This document shows, in pieces, positions 1 through 10,879 of a DNA stretch of 64,000 bases. This stretch comes from Hypanus sabinus (taxonomy: Eukaryota), in NCBI RefSeq assembly GCF_030144855.1, contig NC_082721.1:20956001-21020000 (forward strand), in the 5' to 3' direction. Every line of letters begins with the position of its first letter. The stretch's first letter is position 1. Position numbers and translations under genes: made by a program. The notes under the pieces are model-generated. The model saw nothing but the letters and a program-made list of their open reading frames with translations, was not told the origin of the DNA and did not search any database.

Positions 1-9
1 GTTAAGAGA

Positions 10-1010
10 GGTACACTACAGAGCTGTGTGCTTAGCTCCCGGCTCTATTTGTTTTATACTTATGACTATAAGGAAAAGCACAGCTCCAATGGTATTGTTA
101 AATTTGCTGATAACATCACTGTTGTTGGTTGGATCAAAGGTGGCATATAGAAGGAAGATTGAAAACCTGGCTGAGTGATGCCACAACAATGTTACCCAAT
201 GTCAACGTCCAATGAGTTGCTTATTGATTTCAGGAGGACAAAACCGGAGGTCCATGACTAGTCCTCATCGGAAATCAGAGGTGGAGAGGGTCAGCAACTT
301 TAAGTTCCTTTGTGTTATTATTTCAGAGGATCTGTCCTGGGTCCAGCACAAGTGTCATTATGGAGAAAGCACAGCAGCACCTCCACTTTCTTAGAAGTTT
401 GTGAAGATTTGGCGTGTCATCTAAAATTTTTAAAAACTTCTAAAGATGTGTGGTGGAGTATATATTGACTGGTTGTATCTTGACCTGGTATGGAAACACC
501 AACACTCTCACACAGAAGCCCTCCCGCCATTGTGCACATGTATATGGAACGCTGTCGCAGGAAAGCAGCATCCATCATCAAGGGCCCTCACCACCTAGGC
601 CACCCTCTGTTCCTACTGAAGGTACAGGAGCCTCAGGATCCACACCACCATGTTCAGGAATTGTTATTACAGTCAACCATCAGGCTCTTGAGCCAGAGGA
701 GATAACTTCACTCAACTTCAATTGCCCCAACATTGAAATGTCCCCACAACCCATGGACTCACTTTCAAGGATTCTTTATCTCATGTCCTTGATATTTATT
801 ATTTGTTAATTAATTATTATTATTATTATTGCTATTCCTTTTTTTATGTATTTGCAATTTCTTGTCTTTTGCACATTGGCTGTTTTTCTGTCAAGTGGGG
901 TAGTCCTTCATTGATTCTACTGCACTTTTTGCAAGAACTAGGGTTGAATATGGTGACATATACGTGTTTTGATCATAAATTTACTTTCAACTTTGAACTT
1001 TTGAACTTGG
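10..1010 (+). mobile_element. Rex1/Babar-clade LINE, 5'-truncated, decayed (RT C-terminus, DUF1891-like region, 3' tail)
   Basis: Broken frames give CVLS, KFADNIT (FADD variant), VERVSNFKFLCVIISEDLSW, VEYILTGCILTWYGN and ASIIKGPHHLGH. Ends in (TTTGAAC)n tail at ~985-1008. Confidence 0.85.
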
Positions 1011-1066
1011 GAAGTAAGCATTCAGAGTAGGTACAAAAGATTTTGTAGATGCTGAAAATCTTAAGC

Positions 1067-1425
1067 TACACACACAAAATGCAAGAAGAACTTCGCAAGT
1101 CAGCAGCATCTATGGAGGGGAATGAACAGTTGATGCCTTGGACTGAACCCTTTATCGGGACAGGAAAGGAAGAGGTGGCATTCAAAGTAGATAGTGTGAT
1201 CACAAGCAGGATTAAGGTAGGAAGCACTAAAGATGTTTGAATTGGAAGCAACACGCTAAGACTAGATGTACTCAGCAGGTCAGACAGCATCAACGGAGGG
1301 GAATAAACAGTAAACTTTTCAGACTGAGACCCTTCATCTGAACTTGTCCCGAAATGTATGATGCTCAGTTCCCTCTGTAGATGCTGCCTGACCCGCTGAG
1401 TTCCCCTAATGCCTTATGTGTTGAT
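1067..1425. mobile_element. Penelope-like element (PLE) terminal-repeat fragments; 1245-1425 is a fold-back pair
   Basis: cacacaaaatgc...gaact...gcagcatctatggag motif, shared with the GIY-YIG-linked copy at 39.0-39.6 kb. ctcagcaggtcagacagcatc is inverted against gatgctgcctgacccgctgag. Confidence 0.7.
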
Positions 1426-1699
1426 TACGAATAGAACGTGCAGACTGGACTCAAGCAGCATCAAGGTCAGCACTGAGCCCAGGTGTGAGACAGGAATACT
1501 TCCTCCATCATCTATTGTGAAAGTGCTGGGTCTCTCATCCTCCCAAAGAACTGCGTAACCCCCAATCCCGAAGAGTAGTATTTCATTTCTCCACCTTCAA
1601 TGCTTTAACAAAAAATGTAAATTAAAAAAATCTGAAGAAAAAACAATTTTGCTTTTTAAATGCCTTCAAGATTTTTTGCAGCAATTCCAGATTCTCTTC

Positions 1700-2110
1700 T
1701 TACTGCCTATTACACTACTGTTGTTTAGGGTAGCAATGGAAGTCCTCCACCTCTGCTGGCATTCGGGCCGTCCTTCATCATGTAAGTAGCTTCCACTCAG
1801 CCTTCACTACTGTCATCATGCAAGTCCCAGATGAAAACTCAGTAATCCGTCACACGCTGATGTAGAAGAATTCTTCATTGCTGTTCTGGTAACAATTTTG
1901 TTTTACCAGTCAGGGTTGTTAGCCCTGAACTGAACACGCGAACCTGAAAGAACAGTGGACCACTCTTAGTCTAGCCTTTGAGCTGTTTGGCATGGGTGAC
2001 CCTACCAAGTGCCAAAACATAAAGCCCTGATCCCAGTCAACATAACTCTCTGGGTCTTTGAGGCACACAAGCCTCCAAACCCTGTAATGAGGTTGTGGGC
2101 TTCTTGGAGG
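1700..2110 (-). mobile_element. Non-autonomous bipartite RTE-clade element (5' UTR fused to 3' end)
   Basis: Minus strand ggaggcttgtgtgcctc...gagagttatg...ggtagggtcacccatgcc...gactaagagtggtcc resembles Rex3/Expander/BovB-type RTE 5' UTRs (from memory). No ORF. Confidence 0.55.
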
Positions 2111-2134
2111 AATCCCATAATAGTCCTTTATTTA

Positions 2135-2432
2135 TTTGTTTGTTTTACTTAGAGATAGAGCATGGAACAGACCCTTCCAGCATAATGAGCCACACCACCC
2201 AGCAACCATCTTATTTAACCCTAATCACAGGACAATTTACAATGACCAATTAATATGCAAACCCATACGTCTTTGGAATGTGGGAGGAAACCGGAGCACC
2301 GGGAGGTAATCTGCGTGTGTTTATGAGGAGGATGTATAAACTCTTTACAGAGGGTGCCAGAACTGAACTCCAAACTCTGGAGCCCTGAGTTGTTATAGTG
2401 TCGTGCTAACTGCTACACTGCCGTGGCACCCC
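2135..2432 (-). mobile_element. tRNA-derived V-domain SINE (HE1-like)
   Basis: V-domain core ccggtgctccggtttcctcccaca on the minus strand, and tRNA-like head ggcagtgtagcagttagcac. Confidence 0.75.
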
Positions 2433-2985
2433 CATGGGTGGCAATTGTAGTGGCAATTCTTTAAGATGGGCAATGCAATCCTAACAATGGAATTCTATTT
2501 GACCCACTGATATTGCATCAGCTCTGTATAGAGACAATATAGTCAATTCCATTTCCTAATCTTTTCCTTGACATCTTTAAAAAACTGTGAATATATACAT
2601 CCAAATCCCTTAGCTCCTGCATCAAAGACTTTCTTTCCTTAATTTCCTTATCAGAATTTACAACTTCATAATTCTCTCCTTAAGATTTAATTTATGTTGT
2701 AAATATTCATTCCACTAGCATGTCTATCTTCAAGTACTATTGATGTCCTCACTTTTTACCAGGCATTCAAGGTTTGTGTCATCTTCGAATTTCAAAATGG
2801 CGCTTTATATGTCCAATTCAATATTGTTAACAATTACCCATAAAGCAATTCTTGTCTACTACACAGTCCTCTCTCCATGGTCAAGGATCAGTCCTTGGGC
2901 TCACAGTGATTAAATAATACCTAAAAATACAAAGCAGTTTGACTCTTGATGCACTGTGAAATTAGGTACAATGATCCATGTATTC

Positions 2986-3088
2986 CAGGGGTGTCAAACT
3001 CATTTTAAATCTAAAATGATCTCGCAGGCCGGATATAATTGTACGCCGGGCCGGATATGGCCCGCGGGCCTTGAGTTTGACACCTATG
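2986..3088. mobile_element. hAT (Charlie-like) MITE, 103 bp
   Basis: TIRs caggggtgtcaaactca / tgagtttgacacctatg, with a perfect 8-bp TSD atgtattc (2978-2985, 3089-3096). Confidence 0.92.
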
Positions 3089-3199
3089 ATGTATTCCATC
3101 CCTCAGAAAATAAATTAGCGATGATGCAAAGCCACAAAAATGAGTGCTCAGACCACATCTGTTTTCAGATTTGATAGACTTGGATTTCTTTCATACTGT

Positions 3200-3490
3200 A
3201 GGATCTTCAGAGATTATTTGCAAACATCTTAATACTTTTGAAGTGCTAGTAACACAGTATTGAACTTGTCCACAGTAAGTTCCCAGAAAAATACATGTCA
3301 AAAAATGACCAGATAATCTGCTCTTTGGCTGTTGGCTCAGCTATGAACCTGGGCAGAAGCACCATTCTCTTTGTTGGAGTAACCCATGGAATCTTCCATG
3401 GTCACCTGAGAGAAGAAATGAGGGCCTTCAGCATTTCTTACTCAAAAGTCACCAATGTATCCAAGGCTAAGTGCCTCAGCCACATGGACT
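3200..3490 (-). mobile_element. Ancient Deu-domain SINE remnant (SacSINE1/AmnSINE-like)
   Basis: aatgaccagataatctg and ccatggaatcttccatggtcacctgagag resemble the remembered Deu-SINE core. Related + strand remnants lie at ~35430-35540 and ~41790-41980. Confidence 0.4.
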
Positions 3491-3571
3491 GCTAAAGGAA
3501 GATAAGTATTAGAGCCCCTAAGTCATCTCAGAGGCTTTGAGATCGCTCTATGTGTCTGGCCATTGTACATC

Positions 3572-4071
3572 CACTCAGTGCACAAAAGCAAGCAGACATT
3601 TTCAAGAGGTTCCGTTGTCATTCAGACCAAACATCAGAATGAGGAAGAGATGTGATCTATGTGACTTTGACCATGGAATGACTGTTGGTGCCAGATGGGG
3701 TAGTTTGAGTATCTCAAAAACTTCTGATCTCCAGGGATTTTCACATACAACAGTCTCCAGTATTTACAAAGCACAGTGTGATAAACAACAAAAAGCATCC
3801 AGTGAGCAACAGATCTGTGGATCTGCAGACAAAAATGCCTTGTTAATGAGAGAGGTCAGAGGAGAATAGGCAGACTGGTAAAAGCTGACAGGAAGGCGAC
3901 AGTAACTCAAATATCCCCACGTTACAACAGTGGTGCACAGAAGAGTGTCTCTAAATTCAAAACACATCAAAGGATGAAGTGAACGGGCTGCAGCAGCAGA
4001 GGACTATGAATGGTAACTCAGTGGCCACTTTATTAGGTATGGAAGGTATCTAATAAAGTGGCCATTGAGTG
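3572..4071 (+). mobile_element. Tc1-like non-autonomous transposon (N-terminal DNA-binding domain only)
   Basis: MRKRCDLCDFDHGMTVGARWGSLSISKTSDLQGFSHTTVS is a paired-like HTH. Right TIR taataaagtggccattgagtg is followed by TA. Confidence 0.88.
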
Positions 4072-4499
4072 TAAGTTTAGCTGTAGCTGGCATGGGAAAT
4101 CAATTCCAAAATGAAAAGTTAGTATTATGAAGTAACTGCACTAGCCTCTGAAAGGAACAAAGATTGTCTTTTAGGTAGGGACACACTGTAGGAACAAAAT
4201 TCTGATGCCAGCAACTCATAATCTTTCTAGATGTAAATCAGCCTGCTTCACATCTTCTGGTTAACTTCAGATTTTATGTTGTGTCTCAACTAGCAGCTGT
4301 CTCACACACTAGTAATTTCCCAAATTATACCTTATGAATTTGTGGCCACAAACCCAAATAGAGCCCCTAAGGTAGAGGTTATGCAATGTTTTTGGAACTA
4401 GGATATGCTAATCTCCGGTAAACATGTTGAAATATTTGATTATGACCTACAACTGATCTACAGTTCTGAAGTATCAAAAGAGACGAGCAAAGCTGACAT

Positions 4500-4792
4500 A
4501 AAGATTCGCTTTATTTGTCACATGTTTATCAAAGCATATAATGAAATGTGTTGTTCTTTGTAACAACACAGTCTAAAGATTGTGCTGGGGGCAGTCCACC
4601 AGTGCCAATACAATTCCTTAGCATACCCACAACTGACTAACTCTGACTACACATCTTTGGAATGTGGGAGGAAGCCAGAGCACCAGGAGGAAATCCACAC
4701 AAACAGAGGAAGAATGTACAAATTCCTTACAGACAACGGTGGGGAGGTCAGTGCTGTAAAGTGATTGAAGTAACCAATACACTACCGTGCCA
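4500..4792 (-). mobile_element. V-domain tRNA-SINE
   Basis: ctttggaatgtgggaggaagccagagcacc...aattccttacagac, same family core as 2135-2432. Confidence 0.7.
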
Positions 4793-4859
4793 AGACAGAA
4801 GTAATCAAATAAAGAATTTAGTTGAATATCCATGCTGTTTCAAGGAAATGGTCCTTTTT

Positions 4860-5262
4860 CAAAGTTCAAAGTAAATTTATTCTCAAACTACATAATATCA
4901 CCACATACAACCCTGAGATTCATTTTCTTGCAGGCATGTTCAATATATCTATAATAGAATAATAACCATAATAGAATCAACGAAAGACCACAGCAACTTA
5001 GGTGTTCATCCAGTGTGTAAAAGACAACAAACTGTGCAAACACATAAATAAATAAATAGACAGACAGACAGATAAATAAATAGATAGATAGATAGATAAA
5101 TTAATAAATAAATACCTAACTAACTAACTAACTAACCAAACAAACAATCAATAAATATTAGGAACATGAGGAGAAGAGAACTTGAAAGTGAGACCAAAGG
5201 CTGTGGGACCATTTCAATGATGGGGTAAGTGAAGTTGAGTAAAGTCACCCTCCTTAGTTCAA
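4860..5262 (-). mobile_element. Orphan Rex1-type LINE 3' tail containing a compound microsatellite (TAAA/GACA/GATA/CTAA, 5043-5156)
   Basis: caaagttcaaagtaaatttatt...caaccctgagattcattttcttg is the reverse complement of the tail at 930-1010. Similar orphan tails lie at ~12935, 14775, 28550, 32040, 40040, 42720, 55515 and 63580. Confidence 0.75.
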
Positions 5263-5726
5263 CACCACAACAATCTTTGCAACAGGCTGAGTATGATTTA
5301 ACTTGCCAGATGGTTAAAAGTTGAAGAGGTTTACAGTAGGTAACTCAATGATGAATTACCTTAGCCCTCATTAGAATATTTAATTCCTGGCATTTTCGTA
5401 ATTTGTTGTAATCTTAAGAAACAATCTATCAAACTTTAACAGGTTTTGATAAATGAGTAGAAAATTAAGAAAGTGGTTATTGCTGCCTTTCCCTGGGATG
5501 CCCTCATTCCACAATATGAGGGTGCATCAAATTCCATTCCCAATCACTCTATTCTGTCCAGTGGTCATCGCAGCTTACTGATCTGACAGCACAAGAGAAA
5601 TCTGCTCAGTGATCACAAATTAGTATTGATTCTCAAATGATATCTAGGGCTTATCAACACCCGCCTGTTTCAGGAATGCAAGTCCTGCCTTGTTCACACA
5701 TTTTACAGTTTACTGTTCAGTTCTGT

Positions 5727-6057
5727 CTAATAATTCAAAGTTTTTAAAATCAATTTGAAATGGACAAAATCACAAGGAAGGTCAATATTAACCACGTCCT
5801 CAATATTTTCTTTGTTTATCAAAATAACATAGCTTGATATATTGTTTCTTAAAACTGCAATTAATTTCTGACAACAGTGACTGCACTTAGAAAGAGCAGA
5901 ACTGAAGTAAAGTGCTTTGGGTGTGCTGAGTTCCTGTAATGCAAGTCTAACTTTTCCCATGCAATTCCCAACTACTTGATGCAAAATTGGATAAGGTAGA
6001 CTGTAGAGTTCTTTCGTTGTTTTAATCATTATTTTATCATAACTCCCACTGTCTGAA
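5727..6057 (-). CDS. Candidate last coding exon of an unidentified 191-aa protein
   Basis: Acceptor cattttAG|T TCA GAC AGT..., open for 110 codons to TAG at 5729-5727. Unique, non-repeat sequence; phase matches the upstream exon. Confidence 0.55.
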
Positions 6058-6144
6058 CTAAAATGATTTTATTTCTATGTAAAGTCTGCAAAGTGACATC
6101 TTACAGAGGCATACACAACCCACGTGTAAAAAAAATTCCAAATA

Positions 6145-6654
6145 CACTCAATGTCCACTTTATTAGATACGCCTGCTCGTTAATGCAAACATCTAATCTG
6201 CTAATCATGTGGCAAAAACTCCATGCAGACATAATCAAGAGGATCAATTGTTTTTTTCTCTGACCAAACATCAGAATAGGGAAGAAATGGGACCTAACTG
6301 ACTTGGACCACGGAATGATTGTTGGTGCCAGACACGGTGGTTTGCGCATCTCAGAAACTGCCGATCTCCTGGGAATTTTAAGCACAATAGTCTCTAGGGT
6401 TTACAGAGAATGGTGCCAAGAGCAAAAAGCATTCGGAGAGCGGCAGTTCTGTAGGCGAAAACACCCTTGTTAATGAGAGAGGTCAAAGGAGAATAGCCAC
6501 AACGGTTCAGGAAGGCGAGTATTATGTATTATAATAGTGACTTACAGAAGAGCATCTCAGAATGCAAAACTGCATTCTGCATTGAAGTGACTGAGCTACA
6601 GCAGGAGACCACACTGGGTGCTAGTCCCGTACCTAATAAAGTGGCCACAGAGTG
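6145..6654 (+). mobile_element. Tc1-like non-autonomous transposon, both TIRs, inside the candidate gene's intron
   Basis: TA|cactcaatgtccactttattaga ... acctaataaagtggccacagagtg|TA, with a decayed HTH frame (GMIVGARHGGLRISETADLLG). Confidence 0.92.
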
Positions 6655-6809
6655 TATTTTCCCAGTGTAACCAACATCTTCTGCTTATAACAACGGAAGC
6701 TAATTCAAAATCTTACAGAATGCCGCCTTCTTTTTCTTTACCAATTTAACTAATAACCTGATGCACTCGCGTTGCCATACAACAAGTAGGCGCGTTTATG
6801 TTTAATTCC

Positions 6810-6945
6810 ACGAACACACGAGCTTCAGCAGATGCTGGAAATCCAGAGTAACGCATACAAAATTCTGCAGGAACACCGCAGGTCGTGCAACATCTACCGA
6901 GAGGAATGAACCGCCAACGTAGTGGGCTAAGACCATCAAGACATT
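6810..6945 (-). mobile_element. PLE terminal-repeat fragment
   Basis: gcagatgctggaaatccagag...acaaaattctgcaggaacaccgcagg...catct motif. Confidence 0.6.
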
Positions 6946-7223
6946 TAAATCCAGAAATGTGTGTGAAATCCTGAGGTTAATGAAACCCCCGGGGCTAGCT
7001 GTCAGTCAAATAACTTTGTCAACGATAGGCACCCACTGGACTCACAGTAAATCAGGAAACGTGGAGAGAAAGTAAGTTTATGGTCAGTGCCGTAGACATA
7101 GAGGTATGGCGCATAACTTTATTGTCTCTCTGCCGTTGTGCCAACTAATTCCCATTGAAGTCCATGAGAGCAAGGAGCGGAGCAGAACAGCCTGCTGATA
7201 TACTGTCACTTGACTAGCATTAC

Positions 7224-7468
7224 CCTTGACTTTGAGTGAATAAAGGGCTGTATTTTTGAAGGATTTTTTTTAAGTGAAGGGCTGCATTTTTGAGTTTCCT
7301 CTGTTTCCTGTGGGTGCTACTTCTTATCAAACGTGCCCGGTTACCGGGGCTTTCGGGCGCTAACTTCTCACTCCTGGCCACGAGTGACTCTTTCTCCAAA
7401 CTCTTTGCTGTTTTCCACATTCCGTGTTTATCTCTCCTTGAGCTTGCTCCCCTTCTAAACTTCGGCAT
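7224..7468 (-). CDS. Candidate first coding exon of an unidentified 191-aa protein (basic N-terminus)
   Basis: ATG at 7468 has a purine at -3 and an in-frame upstream TAA. 81 codons + GG, then donor AGG|GTAATG at 7223 (phase 2). Confidence 0.55.
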
Positions 7469-7779
7469 TTCTGCTTCTACTCTCAGTGAAGCGTTACGAT
7501 GTCCGAGTTACTATTTTTTCTCTCTCTCCGTGACCACTTTATACATCCCGCTTTCACTGTCCAGCCTGTGAATGTGTGGGTCCGTCCCTGTGACTGTCTC
7601 CGTGTGTGTATATGTATGTGGTGAATATCCCTATGTCGTTATTTCTGCTTGAGTTTGTATGTTTCACTCAATGTGTGTCCCTCCCTTTTGCTGTGCGTCT
7701 GTTTCTGTCTCTTTCTCTCTCAAATTGTGCTTTTCTCTGTAGAATATTAATCCCTGTAATTATATCGCTAGCCGCAACC

Positions 7780-8520
7780 GTGAGGTGTATAACAAGTAGG
7801 TAAATATTGTTCAGATAACCTTCAGACTCTACACACCCTCCGCGGAGACCGTCCGATTTACAACTGTACTTGAAGCGTCTCCACAAGATAATAGGCAGAG
7901 TTGAAAGTCAGACAATTCCTCTCGCTGCGATCCGCTGAACTGTTAGAAATAGTTAAAGTTTCAGAAACATCACACTCACCTCTGACACGTCCAGAGACGG
8001 CCGGCTGATCCATCCAATATCACTCTAAGCGCAAACACAAAACCTTCAGATAGTTTTGAGCCTGATGTCAACAGTCTGCCTTTCAGTATTTATCCCCGGC
8101 GAGAAAAATACAGGCGCGTCCCACGGCGCCCCAAATGTCTGCGAAACACCTCTCGGTAATCTGCGGTAGTCAAGAGGGCAGTGAGGCAGCGAGTTTCTAA
8201 AAGAAGATTGCACGCGTGGTCCTCTTATTCTCTTTGAGCGCTTTCTAGTGGGAGGTGGCACATTACGTTACCCATCAATCCTGTCTCCATTTGTCAAACG
8301 ACTGCCCAGTCCTGTTAGCTGGGGCCACAAATGATCGCGTCGAACCGGTACGCAGAGAGGTATCGTTCACCCAGGATAATATTCAACATTTATCCCAATA
8401 TTTCCTCGTGTAATTTCTGGGGACGGAATAGCTTCACGCACTTTAAATCTCCTACCCCTAGACTCAAAAGAACATTTATTGCCGCCGCTTGACGTTTTAC
8501 CCGTGGTTATTTATGTCTTC
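7780..8520 (-). promoter_or_regulatory. CpG-rich island / probable promoter with possible non-coding exon 1 ending at 7980
   Basis: Local CpG enrichment in non-repeat DNA, against a CpG-depleted background. Consensus donor GAG|GTGAGT at 7980/7979 on minus. TATA-like GATAAATA on minus at ~8087-8094. Confidence 0.5.
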
Positions 8521-8727
8521 CTGCTTCATTTTCGTCAAATGGTCCCAACAGCCAATTAGCTTGGCTCAGTTACCGGGAAACAGGTCCCAAATTAAGAAAG
8601 TAGCTGGAATGGACTCCCTTCCAGGAATCAAAGTCTAGTTTATTGTCATATGCATAGGTACATTCCTCAATATAATCTAGACTGACTACCCACTCCAATG
8701 CTAAGGGCTACCCAGTATAACGGTTCC

Positions 8728-8846
8728 CAACACACACAAAATGCTGTTAGAAGCAGCAGGCCAGGCAGCTTTGAAGCGTGGCCTGCTGCGTTCCACCAGC
8801 ATTTTGTGTGTGTTGCTTGAATTTCCAGCATCTGCAGATTTCCTCC
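8728..8846. mobile_element. Fold-back (inverted) pair of PLE termini
   Basis: caacacacacaaaatgctg..agaagcagcaggcca / tggcctgctgcgttccaccagcattttgtgtgtgttg form a near-perfect inverted repeat. Confidence 0.8.
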
Positions 8847-9122
8847 TGTAAGGGTTCCCAAACTTTTTTTTAATGCCATAGACCCAAGGGGTCTGTGGGC
8901 CTTTAGATTCAAGAGCATCGGTCCTTAAAGTGAAACTTGGCGATACGAGGGGCGACAGATACCGGAATCTGGAGGGTTCCAGCAAACAATATGCTGGAGG
9001 GTCTCGAGGGCCAATCAACCAGCATCTGTTGGTGGGATAGAACTCTTAGCATTCTGGATCGAAACCCGCAACAGGTCCTGAAGATTAGCCCTCACTGGTG
9101 CACTTGAAGGTCAGCAGGTCTT

Positions 9123-9932
9123 GACAGACAGACAGACAGACATATTTTATTGATCCCGAGGGAAATTGGGTTTCGTTACAGCCTCACCAACCAAGAATAG
9201 TGTAGAAATATAGCAAAATAAAACCATAAATAATTAAATGATAATAAGTAAATTATGCCAAGTGGAAATAAGTCCAGGACCAGCCTATTGGCTCAGGGTG
9301 TCTGACACTCCGAGGGAGGAGTTGTAAAGTTTGATGGCCACAGGCAGGAATGACTTCCTGTGTCGCTCAGTGTTACATCTCGGTGGAATAAGTTTCTGGC
9401 TGAATGTACTCCTGTGCCTAACCAGTACATTATGGAGTGGATGGGAGACATTGTCCAAGATGGCATGCAACTTGGACAGCATCCTCTTTTCAGACACCAC
9501 TGTCAGAGAGTCCAGTTCCACCCCCACAACATCACTGGCCTTACGAATGAGTTTGTTGATTCTGTTGGTGTCTGCTACCCTCAGCCTGCTGCCCCAGCAC
9601 ACAACAGCAAACATGATAGCACTGGCAACCACAGACTCGTGGAACATCCTCGGCATCGTCTGGCAGATGTTAAAGGATCTCAGTCTCCTCAGGAAATAGA
9701 GACAGCTCTGACCCTTCTTGTAGACAGCCTCAGTGTTCTTTGACCAGTTCAGTTTATTGTCAATTCGTATCCCCAGGTATTTGTAATCCTCCACCATGTC
9801 CACACCGACCCCTTGGATGGAAACAGGGATCACTGGTGCCTTAGCCCTCCTCCGGTCCACCATCAGCTCCTTAGTCTTTTTCACATTAAGCTGCAGATGA
9901 TTCTGCTCGCACCATGTGACAGTTTCCCACCA
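9123..9932 (-). mobile_element. Rex1/Babar LINE 3' fragment, relatively young
   Basis: 222-aa ORF: WCEQNHLQLNVKKTKELMVD...YKYLGIRIDNKLNW...LYFLRRLRSF...SFLPVAIKLYN. (TCTG)n tail at 9123-9140. Confidence 0.92.
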
Positions 9933-10282
9933 ACTATCCATAAAATATGACATTCAAGGCAAAATCTATTTGTCTAAGGTGACTGACAGGATCTACTGTC
10001 AATGAATTAGCACCACATGTATCCCTGTAGACCAAAGATGTATTCCAAAACAACTCAATTTACAACAGCATCTAATATAACCTGATATTCAATGACTATA
10101 AATTTATTTGGCATCTTTAATACAGTTAAGTATTCCAAACTGCTTCAAAGAAACACTATCAATCAGCGTTTGACACTATTTATAGTGGCACATAGAAATG
10201 TTTGTTCAAAGAAGGAGGGTTTTAAGGGCATATTAAAGGAAGGAAGTCAGGGAGAGAAATTCTTTCATGTGCACTAGTGTCT

Positions 10283-10679
10283 TCATTCATTGGTTTGTTA
10301 TGTACCATGTCTTATGGTGTAGGTATTCATGGTCTTTCCATGACCATGATTGTTATTGGAAATTTTTTTCTGCAGAACTGGTTTGCCATTGCCTTCTTCT
10401 GGTCAGTATCTTTACAAGATGGGTGACCCCAGCCATTGTCAATACTCTTCAGGGTTTGTCTGCCTGGGGTCAGTAGTCATATAACTAAGACTTATGATAG
10501 GCACCAGCTGCTCATATGACCATCTGCTCCCATGGCTTCATGTGACCCTGATCAGTAGAAGGGGGGTTGCAGGTGCTAAGCAGGTGTTACACCTTGCCCA
10601 AGGGTGATCTGCAGGCTAATGGAGGGAAGGAGCACCTTACACCTCCTTTGTTAGAGATGTATCTCCACCCTACTACCCT
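10283..10679 (-). mobile_element. RTE-related short non-autonomous element
   Basis: gaaggcaatggcaaaccagttctg on minus resembles RTE/BovB-linked SINE ends. (GAAT)-like tail at ~10283-10292. Confidence 0.5.
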
Positions 10680-10879
10680 AAATGCCTTTTGGTTTATTGA
10701 AACTCGAAGATCTCAGATTTAAAATTAACAATTGATCCACCATAGATTAGCACTTGTGGAAGAGAATCCTTTGTTAATTAACTGTCTTTCTGTTACAATT
10801 TCATTAAATGATTCAGCAGGCCAATTACAGATACCATGTGGCAAGACATCAACCATGAAGCTGGCCGAAGACGATGACA

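Noticed and set aside
7230-7300. LKKILQKYSPLF resembling the HJURP/Scm3 motif
   Set aside because: Only a short amphipathic match; the downstream Scm3 residues are absent and the protein is too short.
7700-7800. Strong-looking plus-strand acceptor at 7742
   Set aside because: Derives from a CT-rich low-complexity tract; no coherent plus-strand gene found.
9331-9743. Plus-strand ORFs of 122 and 127 aa
   Set aside because: Antisense shadows of the Rex1 ORF.
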